A stretch of DNA of 64,000 nt from assembly GCF_001194135.2 (NCBI RefSeq), contig NC_068984.1, positions 65,356,713 to 65,420,712 on the forward strand, written 5' to 3'. Position 1 is the first letter of the stretch. Each line of letters opens with the position of its first letter. Below, piece by piece: positions 51,600 through 64,000 of the stretch. The position numbers and the translations under genes are program-made. This DNA comes from Octopus bimaculoides (Eukaryota). The notes beneath the pieces were generated by a model, which saw only the letters and a list, made by a program, of their open reading frames with translations, had not been told where the DNA came from and searched no databases.

Positions 51600-53300
51600 A
51601 TACCCAAATTTCTGTGACAGTTGACTGGTCAGAGCTCTGTAAATTTTATGCTAGCTATCCTTGGTAGGATGTTCTTCATCCTTAACCCATTAGAGATGGT
51701 TAAAGAGATGACAGAAACAATTCTGCACACAAACAAAATACATCACTCCAAATACCCAAAATTAGTTACATGTAGATGTTCTGCATCCAAAGAACATGAG
51801 CAACATTGCCTGCAAATATTCATCCTACAAACTGTACGATCCTACAAACTGCATGGTACCCACTACAGAAACTCTTGCAAAACCATAATCTAACATGCAA
51901 AATATACCTTCCTGGATTGCTTAGCCCATAACAGCTTCCACCTCCCAAATTACAGTCAATCCTTCAGATTTCTTGCTAAATCAAGATATCTAACAACTTT
52001 GTGTGATCCTCCTATTCTCTACTTTTCAACTGTGATGCTTCTATAAGCATAGAAAGTGTTGCTACAGCTGCTGTCCATTTTGCATCCAATACTATAATGC
52101 ATACACAAAGCAAAACTCCACTAAAACTTTCCTCCTCCTCTAGCCCAGCTTAGCACCACTTCCATATACAAGTGCAAAGTGTGAAAGTGCTCCTAAAATT
52201 GTTCAACAAGATTACCAGCTAAAATATGTGTCCCAGAAGTAGTAACTATTCTCAACAAACACTTCAATCCATCTTTTGCTTTATGAGGATGTATACATTC
52301 TGATTGTTGAAAACATGCTGCTATGAGTTTAATTCCCCAAAAAGACAACTTTCTGACCCCACCAATTACTGATCTATCTCTAATATATAATTAATAAACA
52401 ACTTCCCCAATATCTAAAGTCTTTATACCTGTTTAATGACCACCAGCATAGCTTTCCTTGTGTCAATCATTAGTGAGGCTTCACACATGACAAATTTGGT
52501 TAAAATATTGCACTTGATATCAGAAAAGCATCTGAATTTGTTTGGTATGCATATCTCCCAGCTAAGGTACCAACCCATGAGCTTCATCTATCTCATGCTG
52601 TGTGGTTCGGAGGCTTCTTGTAAGATTGCAATACTGCAATATGTGTGCAAATGGAGCTCTCCTTTGCGTGCTCCAAATATCAGTTATGCATTGTCTGCAC
52701 GTTTGATCTTATACATCAGCAACCTACTTGCCACCATCTCAAACAATTCTCACTTCTAAGCAAATGATACCACACTTCACTACATCAAACCTTCTGCACA
52801 CAAGTGACATCAGCATGTAATAAAAATATCTCATGTGAAATATGTCTCTATGGACACCTTCTTGCAAACCTCAAAAATTTTCTCTAATGGGAGATGTATC
52901 ATCTTGTTTCCTCTAATAGCAGAAATACACAGTCATTAACATACATCAAGGAAACAATTCTGTGCCTACCCACATAGTCACAAGCAACACACAACAAAAA
53001 TCTTGAAATTTACTATAAATGCTAATGATTTTTTTCTGGAGGTCTCATATTCACAATATAGCAGAAACAGCATCCCAAACATTATCCTTTCTCTTCAGAG
53101 CCAATTATTACTTCAAGTACTCAACATTTGCTAGCTTTTTGTAAAGGTCAAGTAAAGCCTACAGTTCAATAAATTGCTCCATAAGTTAATAAGATTTTTT
53201 GGCATTGAACAACTAGATAGACATACCGGATTGTCATTCTGTATAAGAGTGAAGTATTTAACACCACATTCATCAGTAAGATTTCTGAGTTAACTGGAAC
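51600..53300 (+). mobile_element. Decayed CR1/L2/Jockey-type LINE (RT region, many stops and frameshifts)
   Basis: Collinear motifs: VDWSELCKFYASYPW* (about 51620), PKKDNFSDPTNY*SIS (about 52335), LFNDHQHSF, ALDIRKASEFVWY (52510; cf. ALDISKAFDRVWH), LILYISNLL..F*ANDTTL (52757; cf. YADD), HIHNIAETASQTLSFLFRA (about 53050). Confidence 0.85.
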
Positions 53301-55067
53301 AGCATATACAGTAAAATGACAAACTATAAATTTTGCACTATTTAGTTCAGTAGCCTCTTTAAGCTAAAATTCAACAATCATTGTCAATTATGAGATTTCT
53401 TTTTATTCATCCCTGGATAAATAAGCATCTGTCCTTTCTTAAAAAGTTGTATTTGTGTCAAGAAAAAATGGAACTAAACTAAACTAGTAAGAAACACAAG
53501 TAGTGAAGCATTAATGTTTCTTTTTAACACAGAAAAAGTCATGTTGAATTTTGATATCTAGAATTTATTATTACATAAAATAAAAGCTGATATAACTGAA
53601 CTATATCTGATTAAAAGGGAATGAAAGAACCATACAGAGTTAGATTCAAACTAATAGGATCCAAGAAATAATTAAAATATTCAAATAACTTATTTTCAAG
53701 TTCAACACAGTGTTAATCAGACTTCATTATAACAGTTAAATCTTATTTACTGAAGTCACTCATTTTGAATTTTCTAATCACAGAGGACACTGATTAAATT
53801 CTCACACTTACTGGTCTTCATCTGTGATATTCAATAAACAACCAATTCCAAACATGCAACTAAACCTTTACAAATAATTATTGGGTGATATACTAATATT
53901 GGAAGATATAATTAAAGTTCTGTCCACACAAAGGCTGAAAAGAAAGAATCACAATTTGAACAGCTGGATCAAAGTATTCCTCCTTGATAAAAGCAGCAAT
54001 GTCCAAGTAATTTAATAGTTCAAAAGGATCCCACAAAGTAATTTTAATTATGATTTAATCCTTTAATTATAGAGATCTATCAGACTGTTCCTAACTAACT
54101 AAAATATACATATATATTTATCTCCTATCTTATATATACATACACATGCATTCATGCTATTTACAGACAAATGTATGTATACCAAATCATAAATATAAAT
54201 GGATCCATGTCTCTAATAGCGTCTAAGTAAACTCCTTTCACTCTTCTATTATGATCATCTATAGTAAAAGAATGACTTGTTTTAAGTATATTCTTGAATA
54301 AAAGGCTAATTACTGTTGTGCTTATTGAAGTTAAGAAATATTTCATGTATATCAATACATTTGAAATGAAGATGATCAGATTTAAATAACAAATTAAATG
54401 CATTTACATTTTGTGACTAGTATCCATTAATTATATCCAATAATATGACGGCTTACTGAACATTATGGATACAGTTCCTTTCAATGCCATATGAATTTTC
54501 TATGAAGTGGATCTAACAATTTTCTGTTGCAATATGCATCCAATAACTATCCATGATATAAAATAAATTTCTATATTTATCCAAATCAGTAACAGTTATC
54601 ATAATTTACTTAATTTTAGAGTTTGGTATCTATTATTTTGCTTAGGATAGAACAGTAATTTTTTATCAAGTACAATCCATTGAACTGGTAAACTAGACTC
54701 AGCCAGATTATAACAACTTTGATTCTACAGAATTTATCAGATGTGATGCAGTGTAGCAGAGAAATATAATTAATGAAAATTGTATGGGATATTTATAAAT
54801 CTTGATTCTGTTTCGTATTTAATTCTTTAAAAATTCAAATAAGGACCATTCAGAGTTGCTTTAATTCTTTTTCACTCTCATATGATATATAAGTAAGTTA
54901 TATTAATATATGCATATTAATATAAGTAAGTTCATAAAAATGATTGAATAATTAATAATAATGAAAATAAGGAGAAAAAGAAAATTACGGAGACAATGCA
55001 GAAAGTTGCCTTGCAAACACACTTGCCTAAAGCAATATAGAAAAAAATATGCTAAAACAGAATAACA

Positions 55068-55068
55068 C

Positions 55069-55100
<32 letters not shown>
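55068..55100. repeat. (GAT)n microsatellite
   Basis: Direct. Confidence 0.9.
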
Positions 55101-56018
55101 AAATTGATGATTGTAATGATGGTAATACTAGAGAAAAATGAGGAGACGTACTTATATAAAACTACATTATCATCTCTGTTAAGATGAAAATGTAATATAG
55201 GATGGCTGGATATTTAAATTTCACGTTTGTCCATTTTTCCATTGTTTTCAATTTCATGCATAATCTTCAAAATTAAAAAGAACAGATATATCTTTGAAAT
55301 ATTTTTCTTGTACTATATTGAAATAGAGTTGCTATTAGTTAGCATACCTACACACATGCATTTGTAGAGTTGTTTGTTTTGGTTTATAAGCATATGCATG
55401 CTTTTTAGTGAATTAGTCTTTTTGCATTTTCAAACAGATTTTTGTGTAGGACAAGCTATAAAAGAGAACTGAACTCTTGATTGCAGTAAGGACTATTCTT
55501 AGAATAATTACATATTTTCCAATATATAGATTAAATAAAAGGCAATTTTGCAATGATTAATTAGTGAATACATATTTCATTATAGCTCATTTAATATTAT
55601 TCAAATCTTTAATATTTCAACTAAAGTTTTGAAACATAAAATCTTTGAGCAAACGTTTCATTTTGCTTTGACTTTCGAAATATAAATTGAATTTTCTTCC
55701 TTTTGTGAATGCAATAATAATATTTTATCACAAAGTTTTCCCCAAACAATTATATATATATATATATGTGCGTGTATTATACATCTATATATTTATAATG
55801 CACACACATACACATGCATGTATTCATACACACACATATGTATATTCTATGAGGTATTTATGCATATGTTCACATTAAAGAAAGTTGTTATATAATATAG
55901 GCTAAGAATTAATTAGTTTAAATCCTGAAGCAAGATTTTGTTAACGTTTTCAGTGTACTTAGCAGCTGTTGCTCAGAATAGGTTACATACTCAAGTTACA
56001 TGTGTGTGTATGTGTGTG

Positions 56019-56889
56019 CAGGGTGTGGTGAATAAACTGTCATCTAAATTACACAAATGGAAAATAACACTGACATCTCATTTTAACAGATGTATTTACA
56101 AAAATTACATAAAAATATCTTGAAATACTACACAGTAAATTTATTGAATAAAGTCGCTATTGGCTTCAGCCATAGCTTCCAGAGAACTTCGGAATTTCCT
56201 GCAACCCTTTTCGACAGTCCTTTTGTTCAAGCTGGGGGATACTACCATAATCTTTGCCTTCAGTTCATCTTTCGTGTGACAAGAAGTTTTGTTGGCCTCT
56301 TACTCAACTGCTCCCCACACATAATAATGAAGGGGGTTGTAGTCTGGGGTGTTAGGTGGCCAATGTTAGGGGTGATGTGGTCACAGAAATTGTCTGACAG
56401 CCATGACTGGGCTCTCCTGTTTGTGTAGCATGGTGCAGAATCCTGTTGCCAGACAGAGGGTCTTCCAGCAGCTACCCTGTTGACCCAGAGCAGCACTACC
56501 TCCTCCAGGCACTTGATGTAGGCCTCTGTGTTGAGTCTGAGGCTGTGTGGGAAGTTGAATGGAGGTATAACGTCGCCATCACTAGTGATCACTCCAAATA
56601 CCATGATGTTGACTGGATGTTTGATTTTTATCCCTCTTGGTACATGTCCTCAGATTCACACCCAAACACTCTGAAATGTTCATACTGGAGCTTCTGGCAA
56701 AAATGCCAAGCAGTATAGGTACAGCATATTGTTTCCAAATTTCTGGCAGAATGAATTGTGTTATGGTGCTATTTTTCTTACAGACGGTGTCCAACTGACC
56801 CTACTATAGTGTGTAGATGACAAAATTAAAAACAAACAATTCGTGAAATATAGAATGCAAAATAGTGACAATTTACCCGACGCATCCTG
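56019..56889 (-). mobile_element. maT/DD37D mariner-family transposon, internally deleted, both TIRs present
   Basis: 24-bp TIRs CAGGGTGTGGTGAATAAACTGTCA (56019-56042) / TGACAATTTACCCGACGCATCCTG (56866-56889), 17/24, followed by TA; transposase MVFGVITSDG...WQQDSAPC...WPPNTPDYNPLHYYVWGAVE*...EANSDFIQ* ending 56141; 37 residues between the second D and the third catalytic position (D to H here). Confidence 0.9.
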
Positions 56890-56939
56890 TATGTATGTAT
56901 GTATGTATGTATGTATGAGTATATATATATATATATATT

Positions 56940-57215
56940 GCCCCGTTAAGAGTAATCCTGATGTGTCAGGTGATATATGCTTGAGAAGACCTGTTGCATC
57001 AAGTGAAACCATATCGTAGCTGGGGCTGGTGCCTGCTGGCTGGCTCCCATGCTGATGGCACATAAAAAGCACCAACCGATCATGACCAATGCCAGTACCT
57101 GCTGACTGGCTCTGGTGTCGGTGGCACATAAAAAGCACCCACTACACTCTTAGAGTGGTTGGTGTTAGGAAGGGCATCCAGCTGTAGAAGCTCTGTCAGA
57201 CCAGACTGGAGCCGC
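56940..57215 (+). mobile_element. Family C (RTE-type) 3' UTR, 3'-truncated
   Basis: gaagacctgttgcatcaagtgaaacc, two ggcacataaaaagcacc units, gttggtgttaggaagggcatccagctgtagaa. Confidence 0.8.
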
Positions 57216-57235
57216 TGGCTCTCTAGACCTCATTA

Positions 57236-58135
57236 ACAAACCTCTGTATGAGTAAAAATCTTGCATATAAAAGCACCATGCACACAAAGGAAGGGCTGTA
57301 TGGGCAGATCGCTGATTCATTTAAGAATCACTATTGCAACCATGTCACCAGCTTCAAAAGAGTCAATAAGAGATATTTAACATCGTTGACTCAGTTTTGT
57401 ATGGTGACTGAAGGAAGATCAAATTAAGTACAAAATAACCTGGTTGATAGTAAAGCAAGCAAAACCATACAATATCATTTTCAGGAGATGCTGACTCTGC
57501 TCCAAGGAATTCCTATCTATTCTGTGGACCAGAAAGACTCTCAAGATGCCTACAAGCATGTAAATGTACTTTTGCACAATGCAGTGGGTATGAATTTGAG
57601 TAACTTATCATAATTTACTTTAAGGCATGGATGAATTAAGTTTAGCTTTAACCTCTCCATTCTTATAAACACCAAGTAGCTATTTAACTCACCTTGTGAT
57701 CGTGAGTGCACCAAACCACATGTGTGCATAAGCTTACATTTTTGCAGATGCTTGCATGAGCAAGTGTGCATGCACCACGCAACTTGCACAAAGGTGTTTA
57801 CACACCCATATCTGTTAATGGTTATTTTTAATATCTTCTCGTTGTATTGCGTGTTCATTTCTTCCTTGCGTCTATGATTTCATTTTTGATCTATATAAAA
57901 AAAGATATTTCCTTCGTTTTGCAGCTTTTCTTTGCATGAAATGAGAAGATACATTGCAGAACTGTTATTTTAATGAGTTGTATCTATTTATCACCTGATG
58001 AGATACATCTGCACTGCCAGATGCTCCTGAACCAGCTGTTAAGTGCCCCACCCATGAGGGATCGGTGCTAGATGTTTCAAAACAATTGTTGCAATTAATA
58101 ATAAAAATTCTCGTATATTCCATCTTCAATCTTTC
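57236..58135 (+). mobile_element. Penelope-like retroelement 3' remnant: GIY-YIG endonuclease pseudogene (about 57239-57560) plus 3' tail
   Basis: NLCMSKNLAYKSTMHTKEGLYGQIADSFKNHYCNHVTSFKRVNKRYLTSLTQF / (frameshift) VW*LKEDQIKYKITWLIVKQAKPYNIIFRRC*LCSKEFLSIL matches the PLE GIY-YIG consensus CLxKNIVYKA..YIGxT..FKxRYxNHxSSF..T.LSKYVW.LK..I.Y.I.W.I.K.AKPY....RC.LC.xE. Confidence 0.85.
57985..58100 (+). ncRNA. Decayed type I hammerhead motif with extended stem II
   Basis: CTGATGA 57995-58001; stem II GATACATCTGCACTG (58002-58016) pairs with CGGTGC-T-AGATGTTTC (58063-58078); AAAAC in place of GAAAC (58079-58083); palindromic ACAATTGT 58082-58089; stem I partly decayed. Confidence 0.6.
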
Positions 58136-58142
58136 ATTTAAC

Positions 58143-58186
<44 letters not shown>

Positions 58187-61100
58187 NNNNNNNNNNNNNN
58201 NNNNNNNNNNNNNNNNNNNNNNNNNNNNNNNNNNNNNNNNNNNNNNNNNNNNNNNNNNNNNNNNNNNNNNNNNNNNNNNNNNNNNNNNNNNNNNNNNNNN
58301 NNNNNNNNNNNNNNNNNNNNNNNNNNNNNNNNNNNNNNNNNNNNNNNNNNNNNNNNNNNNNNNNNNNNNNNNNNNNNNNNNNNNNNNNNNNNNNNNNNNN
58401 NNNNNNNNNNNNNNNNNNNNNNNNNNNNNNNNNNNNNNNNNNNNNNNNNNNNNNNNNNNNNNNNNNNNNNNNNNNNNNNNNNNNNNNNNNNNNNNNNNNN
58501 NNNNNNNNNNNNNNNNNNNNNNNNNNNNNNNNNNNNNNNNNNNNNNNNNNNNNNNNNNNNNNNNNAATAAGATGATTAAAATCAAAATAAGCAGCAAGGA
58601 TATCCAGAGTTACTGCAGTACAATCGTTTCAAGCAACTCCATTTAATTGAACAATGCAATTATTACATCAATTTAAATGCAGAGAAATCCTCAGCTGCAT
58701 AAAGACATAGAATTAAATTAAATTAAAACTGATACGCGCATTAGTATAATTTTACCAAAAAGGTAAGGAGATAGACAAAGAACATGCTCTCTTCACTTCA
58801 GTTTAGAAGCTACTAAGGTATCAGGAAGAAAGACTTGTTACAGATTTTGCTTGTCACTGTTTTATGGGGTCAGTTTTTATTTATAGACTAGTTTATCAAA
58901 TCTTTGTACATCTAAGGCCAAAAGAACAAGGAGTAGTGCCTGCTGAGAAGGAGGCTCAGGGAGTCAACAAAAATCATAGTGGGTATAGTAAAAAAAACTA
59001 TCAAGATTTATTTGAAGCAATATAATGAAATTTGGTAACGGAAATCTTAAATCAAGATGTTAGGTGACAATTAAAGGGGCAAGTCAATAGTAGACTATTG
59101 ATAATGAAACAGGAGAAAGCATGTATCTAGACTATGAAATGTACTTACTATTTCAAACATTTTCACATACATTTTTTTTCTTTTTCAAATTCAATTAAGA
59201 ACATACAGAATTATTTTTTAAAATATTTAAAAATCTGATTTGCCAAACGAATTTCAATTCAAGGAGAGATAGTAAAAGAAACAATTTTTTTCCCATGTCC
59301 ATTTATTTAAGATTTCTTGAAATTTGGATTTCAACAAATACACACATGCATGCATACATGCACATACACACACATGCATACATGCATGCACACACACATG
59401 CATACACACACACAAACAAATATCTCTGCCTAGCTTTGAGCCACTAATAATCATGAAATATCATGACTAGCCATAATAGTCATTCAATTTTTATTTCCAC
59501 AGCATGATCAATAGTTCAATATGAGTTCTTTGTGAATAGGAATTTTCAGTAAAAGAAGTACACAAAAGAAAACTACGAAAGCATTCAAGAAATAAATTTC
59601 AATAATGTGGTACCACTGTATCTGAAAATCTCTCTCTCAATTAGATGGACAGTCATCATGGTTCTCTTTATCTCTTTGAGAAATGGTAAATATACTTTGA
59701 CCAATACAGGCTTACAAGTTGCATAATATTCTTGAAAGTAGAGAGCAAAACAAAATCGCCTTCCAATTATCATTAATCAAATTATATGGATTAAGACTGA
59801 AACATTTTATTACTATTATAACTGATACTTTGAGAAACTACTCGGATATGTTTAAAAGTTTATGAGTGTTTGTCTGTTTGATGAAAGTTATAGTCACAGA
59901 TGAAAAGAAAAATACTAAGTTCAATACAGATGATGACCACTTTATTCATTTAACATTTTAAAGAGAGAGAGATAAGAATAAAGGCGACACAATGAACAAA
60001 TACTGTGTTCAAAAAAATATTTAATGAATAAAGTGCTATGTCACATTCTTCATTGTCAATTGTGTTTTTAAAAAATGAGAATGTGCACCACAAATATTGA
60101 AATGAATTTTTTAAACTTTACTCCTTTACAAATCAATTTATTTTAAATTGCTCTATGGTTAACTTTTTTCTTAGAGGAATTGTAATACATTGAAATGACA
60201 ATATGGTATTTATGGTATTCAATTTTACAAACACAGAGCAATGAGAAATTCAATTCCTGTAATACTTGAGCTTAAATAACTGACTATGAATGAAACTATA
60301 ACATAAACAGAAGCCATAGTGTTAAAATATTAAATCTTATTTTTGCAAAATGTTTTAATTAAATTGTATAAAATATAGGCTAGGAATGAATTAATTTAAA
60401 TTTCAAAACAAGCAATTATTCCAGTGTAACGAAAGAATTTTAAAACTATTTAGCAGATGTATTAGCGGGTTTAGTAGAAATGCATTCATTCTTCCTTAAC
60501 CACATGACTCTGAGCAGATACAGGTCAAGCTAATGGCGTGATACTGTAGCAAATATTTGAACCCTAACCACTAGATACTTGATTAAGCAAAACGAGTGAG
60601 CCGCCATGTAACTGATTTATAAATCAACCAATCAGCATGAAGTTGTGGCATGATATGGCTTACTCAGATGTTCTAAAATTTAACCTCTTATCCTCTATAA
60701 AAAACAGTGTTGAGAATGGCTGACTGATTCACATGTCTCACCTCTTGCCAGGCAGACGACCTTCAGCATTTGAGCTGACAGCTTCAGACTTTTGCACAGA
60801 CAACTTGGACAGACTGATTCTGAACATTCATATGATGTCTCATAAGTAACTTCTATAGACAGAGCATTTTCTTCTCTCATCTCAGTAATAATATTATTAA
60901 CATTTTTCCTTGTAAATAGTCAACATAAAATATATTATCTCCACAACAAATATTAAAGTTAAACATTCATGAGTTTCCTTCTGTCATTATGCACACAGCT
61001 AACGCATTCCATAACATCCCAACAATGTTGATAAAACCATCTATGGTGACTCAGATGTTTAAAACATATCATCATTAACTAGTACAATATGAGCACACAA

Positions 61101-64000
61101 ACACCATGATAATGCTATAAAGGTTTAATATCCATTTTGCTACATATAAGTCACCCTTCTGTTTAACTATGGTAATTCTCAGGTTAGTGCTGAGAATGAC
61201 ATCCAACAACAGAACATACTTATCCCATGATATGAGAATAACCAACTATAGAGACACTTCTGCTGTCTACCAGTGTGAGAAATTAACTTAAAGGGAAACA
61301 GTGTATAAAATATTACTATAAACATCTTAAAGTAATGATACAATATTTAAAGGAATAAATACTTTATTTATACAAAGTGAACCAAACTTCTTTTGAATAT
61401 TCTTAGTCATACTTCATTGAAATAAACACTCAGTAATGCTAAAATCTTAGTAATGCCAATTATATGACAATTGATTCTTTCAGTGATTCCCGTGAAACAA
61501 GATAAGAATAATAATATCTGTCAGTATGCTAAATTGTATAGATGGAAAGACAATATCTTTCTGGTGCACTGGATCTTATTTTAAATTCTGTGTAACTACA
61601 AAAATAATTTTCTAAATTTTAATCTATTTCCCAGAGGTCTGACATAAGGGACATGTAATAAATTTTCTGTTAGTATTTCAGATAATGTGACAACTACATA
61701 AACTAACTCAATTCAAATAGAAAAATTCATTCTACAACTAGAGAATTCTGCCAAAATAATAATATTTTACTTATTTATTTACTTTTGCAGTGATAAGATA
61801 AAACATCAGGAGGGAATGTGTCACTTGTAAATAATAAAATCGAACATTAATAAAAACCAAAGCATTTACATCCATTTATTGAGCTAAATGATTATTTTCT
61901 TCTACAGTGTATTAGCAATTTTTTTATATTAAGAAAATGAAAGAAACGTTATTACTTAACACAATGTTTAGTGAAGAGATACAGAGAAAGTAAGTTGAAA
62001 GCAAGATAGGCAATGCAACAGAACTGTCCAATGGAAAGACTGGCGATCCAATGTTGTGAACAAGTCAATAACTCAATATAAATTAACAGTAACTTGCTTT
62101 GTAAACATCAACTGCAAGAACAGTGATACATAAGAAGTATTTTTAAATTAAAGCATGTAATCAATTTAGATTACTTTTGAGATATATTTAATGTACAATT
62201 GCCAAGAACAAGCCTTTTAAAATACATGATCGATTATCTTAGTGCTTTATTTGATATTTGCAAATTGCAAATTTTAGTTGTTTCATATATATAAAAGTGT
62301 AATATAAAATTTCAGAAATTACTGTTGAAATATCTATGCTCAGGATATTTCACCCCATTTCTACCCACTTCCAATGAATTGAGGAAACCTATAAATTAAA
62401 GCTGTCATTAGAATTTGAAAGAAAACTAAAAACTGTACCCAGAATTTCTTTGTATAAACAAATTTAACGTTAAAAAGAAATGAAAAACATTTACTTGATT
62501 TTCTACATTTTTTTAGATTTTATAATGATTAAAATATAGAGGATCAAGTAGGTTAAATTAAAATTGCCTTATATTTTATGAGTCATAAAAGTCCAAAGGA
62601 AAATTGCCTCTACAGAAACTAATGTCGTAGTCTTTTTAATGGACATCATGACATAAAAATGTTGACCTGAGAGAAAAGCAAATACATATTCTTCATAAAT
62701 AAAAATCCAATGACTTTTAATATTCTTACATAATAAATGTCTTTTCTTCAAATTATTTCTGAAAATAATAACATATTTCATTCTAACCTAAACATGTAAA
62801 ATTACACTATAGATTATAACTATGTGCTTAATTAATTTTAAAAAGTCATGTTCTTTTAGGTGACACAAAATTGATTTTATAATTGTAGAGGAGTTTTTTC
62901 TGCTAATTATTTCAGTTTGGATCTGAGCACTTTAATATATAGATAATAAAATAAATTGTTTTTTAAAAATGTCGAATTAAATACATCATTCCTAATTGAA
63001 AAATGATTACCAAACACCTTTCAAATTTCTCTCTTTTCTTTCCTATACATTTTCCTTCGTGTTGTCTAGGCCTAAGCACACACAAAATCACAACTGGCTT
63101 AAATTTTGCATTATATTTCAACTTACCAGTTCCTTTTTAGCTTAAGTAATTTCAGCCAATCAAAATGTTATACTTTATTTCTTTTTTTAACTGATATAAT
63201 TTACCTCAACCAGCACATATGTCAATCTAGCTGATAGCAAGCAATATCTTGCTTTCTAACAGTTCATTTTGGTAGTAGACTGGTTTAGTGATTGTTAAGC
63301 CTGTCTAAAATAGATAAATGAAATGCCTGCAATGAACCATAATCAACAAGTTCACAAATGATCCATAATCATCGAGTTCACTTCTTAACTTCATTAAATT
63401 CCTCAAATTTCTCAGATTATAGTAATTTGAATAATGTTGAACTTGTGGATTATCTGGTCAGAACTAATAAGTGCTTAAAATATGATCAAGAGAAAATTGA
63501 CCAAAACATACATTATTTTCTCTGGAACACTAATTCATAAATCTAACGTTTCTCATATTCCTTATCAAATTTGAGAACATAATTATAAGCACATCAATAT
63601 TACAAATGAAATTGCTTGATTTTAATTGCAGTTAACATCATTCCTAATAAGATGAACCAGTGGAAAATAAACCATATTAAACTCTATGGTAATAACAGAT
63701 ATAGTTTCTTTGACCAATTGAGAGGTTCTTCACATCTTTCTTTGCTTTGTTTATTTGTACATTAAAGTGTACAAGGTAGAGTTAATAAAGGGCTCATTTG
63801 TGATATATTCTAAATAAATCAATCATAGCAATAACAGTAATAATTAATAACTAGGCTGGATACAATCATTAGCTTTAGAAGTTATTAGAAGTATTGGATA
63901 GTGCCACATAATTACATAATCTCTAAAGTGTAATTGATCTGGTGAAGAAATAGAAATATGGGATTAATTATGTTGCTAGAATAATGATTGGTGCATATAA

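Larger units (their letters stand above)
6314..58565. other. Assembly gaps (N-runs) at about 6314-6476, 7079-7739, 10301-10786, 13035-13134, 13512-13521, 14587-14763, 20106-20152, 23353-23673, 38153-38222, 41348-41396, 45868-45877, 58187-58565
   Basis: N characters; nearly all abut microsatellites or SINEs, as expected for a short-read scaffold. Confidence 0.95.

Noticed and set aside
57485-57559. Apparent 75-nt exon EMLTLLQGIPIYSVDQKDSQDAYKH with good AG/GT ends
   Set aside because: Another frame of the same bases continues the Penelope GIY-YIG C-terminus (AKPYNIIFRRC*LC), which explains the segment better.
46520-59730. Minus-strand exon candidates (46520-46585, 49353-49411, acceptor at 59730)
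   Set aside because: Splice-like ends with an open frame, but no recognisable or consistently linkable protein.
197-63540. Most ORF-track entries (YI/CV/HT-rich, poly-F/I/N, X-filled ORFs)
   Set aside because: They are translations of microsatellites, N-gaps or SINE bodies; no domain-like content.

Overview
AT-rich (about 30% GC by eye), microsatellite-dense eukaryotic DNA with about 12 N-gaps. No protein-coding gene can be supported, so the window is intronic or intergenic. The SINE repertoire and repeat style point to an octopus/cephalopod genome (inference from memory of these repeat families, not a search). The window holds several tRNA-derived SINE families, 3' ends of an RTE-clade LINE, a decayed CR1/L2-type RT (51.6-53.3 kb), a Tc1 DD34E remnant (41.8-42.3 kb), an internally deleted maT/DD37D mariner (56.0-56.9 kb), three MITEs, and a Penelope-like GIY-YIG remnant (57.2-58.1 kb). 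The most interesting signal is a set of hammerhead-ribozyme motifs. A SINE family joins a tRNA-like Pol III head, an (AAT/AAC)n spacer and a body containing a minimal type I hammerhead with a palindromic stem III. It has three copies here, two arranged as an inverted pair at 42.6-43.1 kb, and the minus-strand copy has an intact core. A second, decayed hammerhead with a long stem II lies at the 3' end of the Penelope remnant (about 58.0 kb). This suggests a ribozyme-bearing SINE possibly mobilised by Penelope-like elements; cleavage activity, novelty and the partnership are untested.
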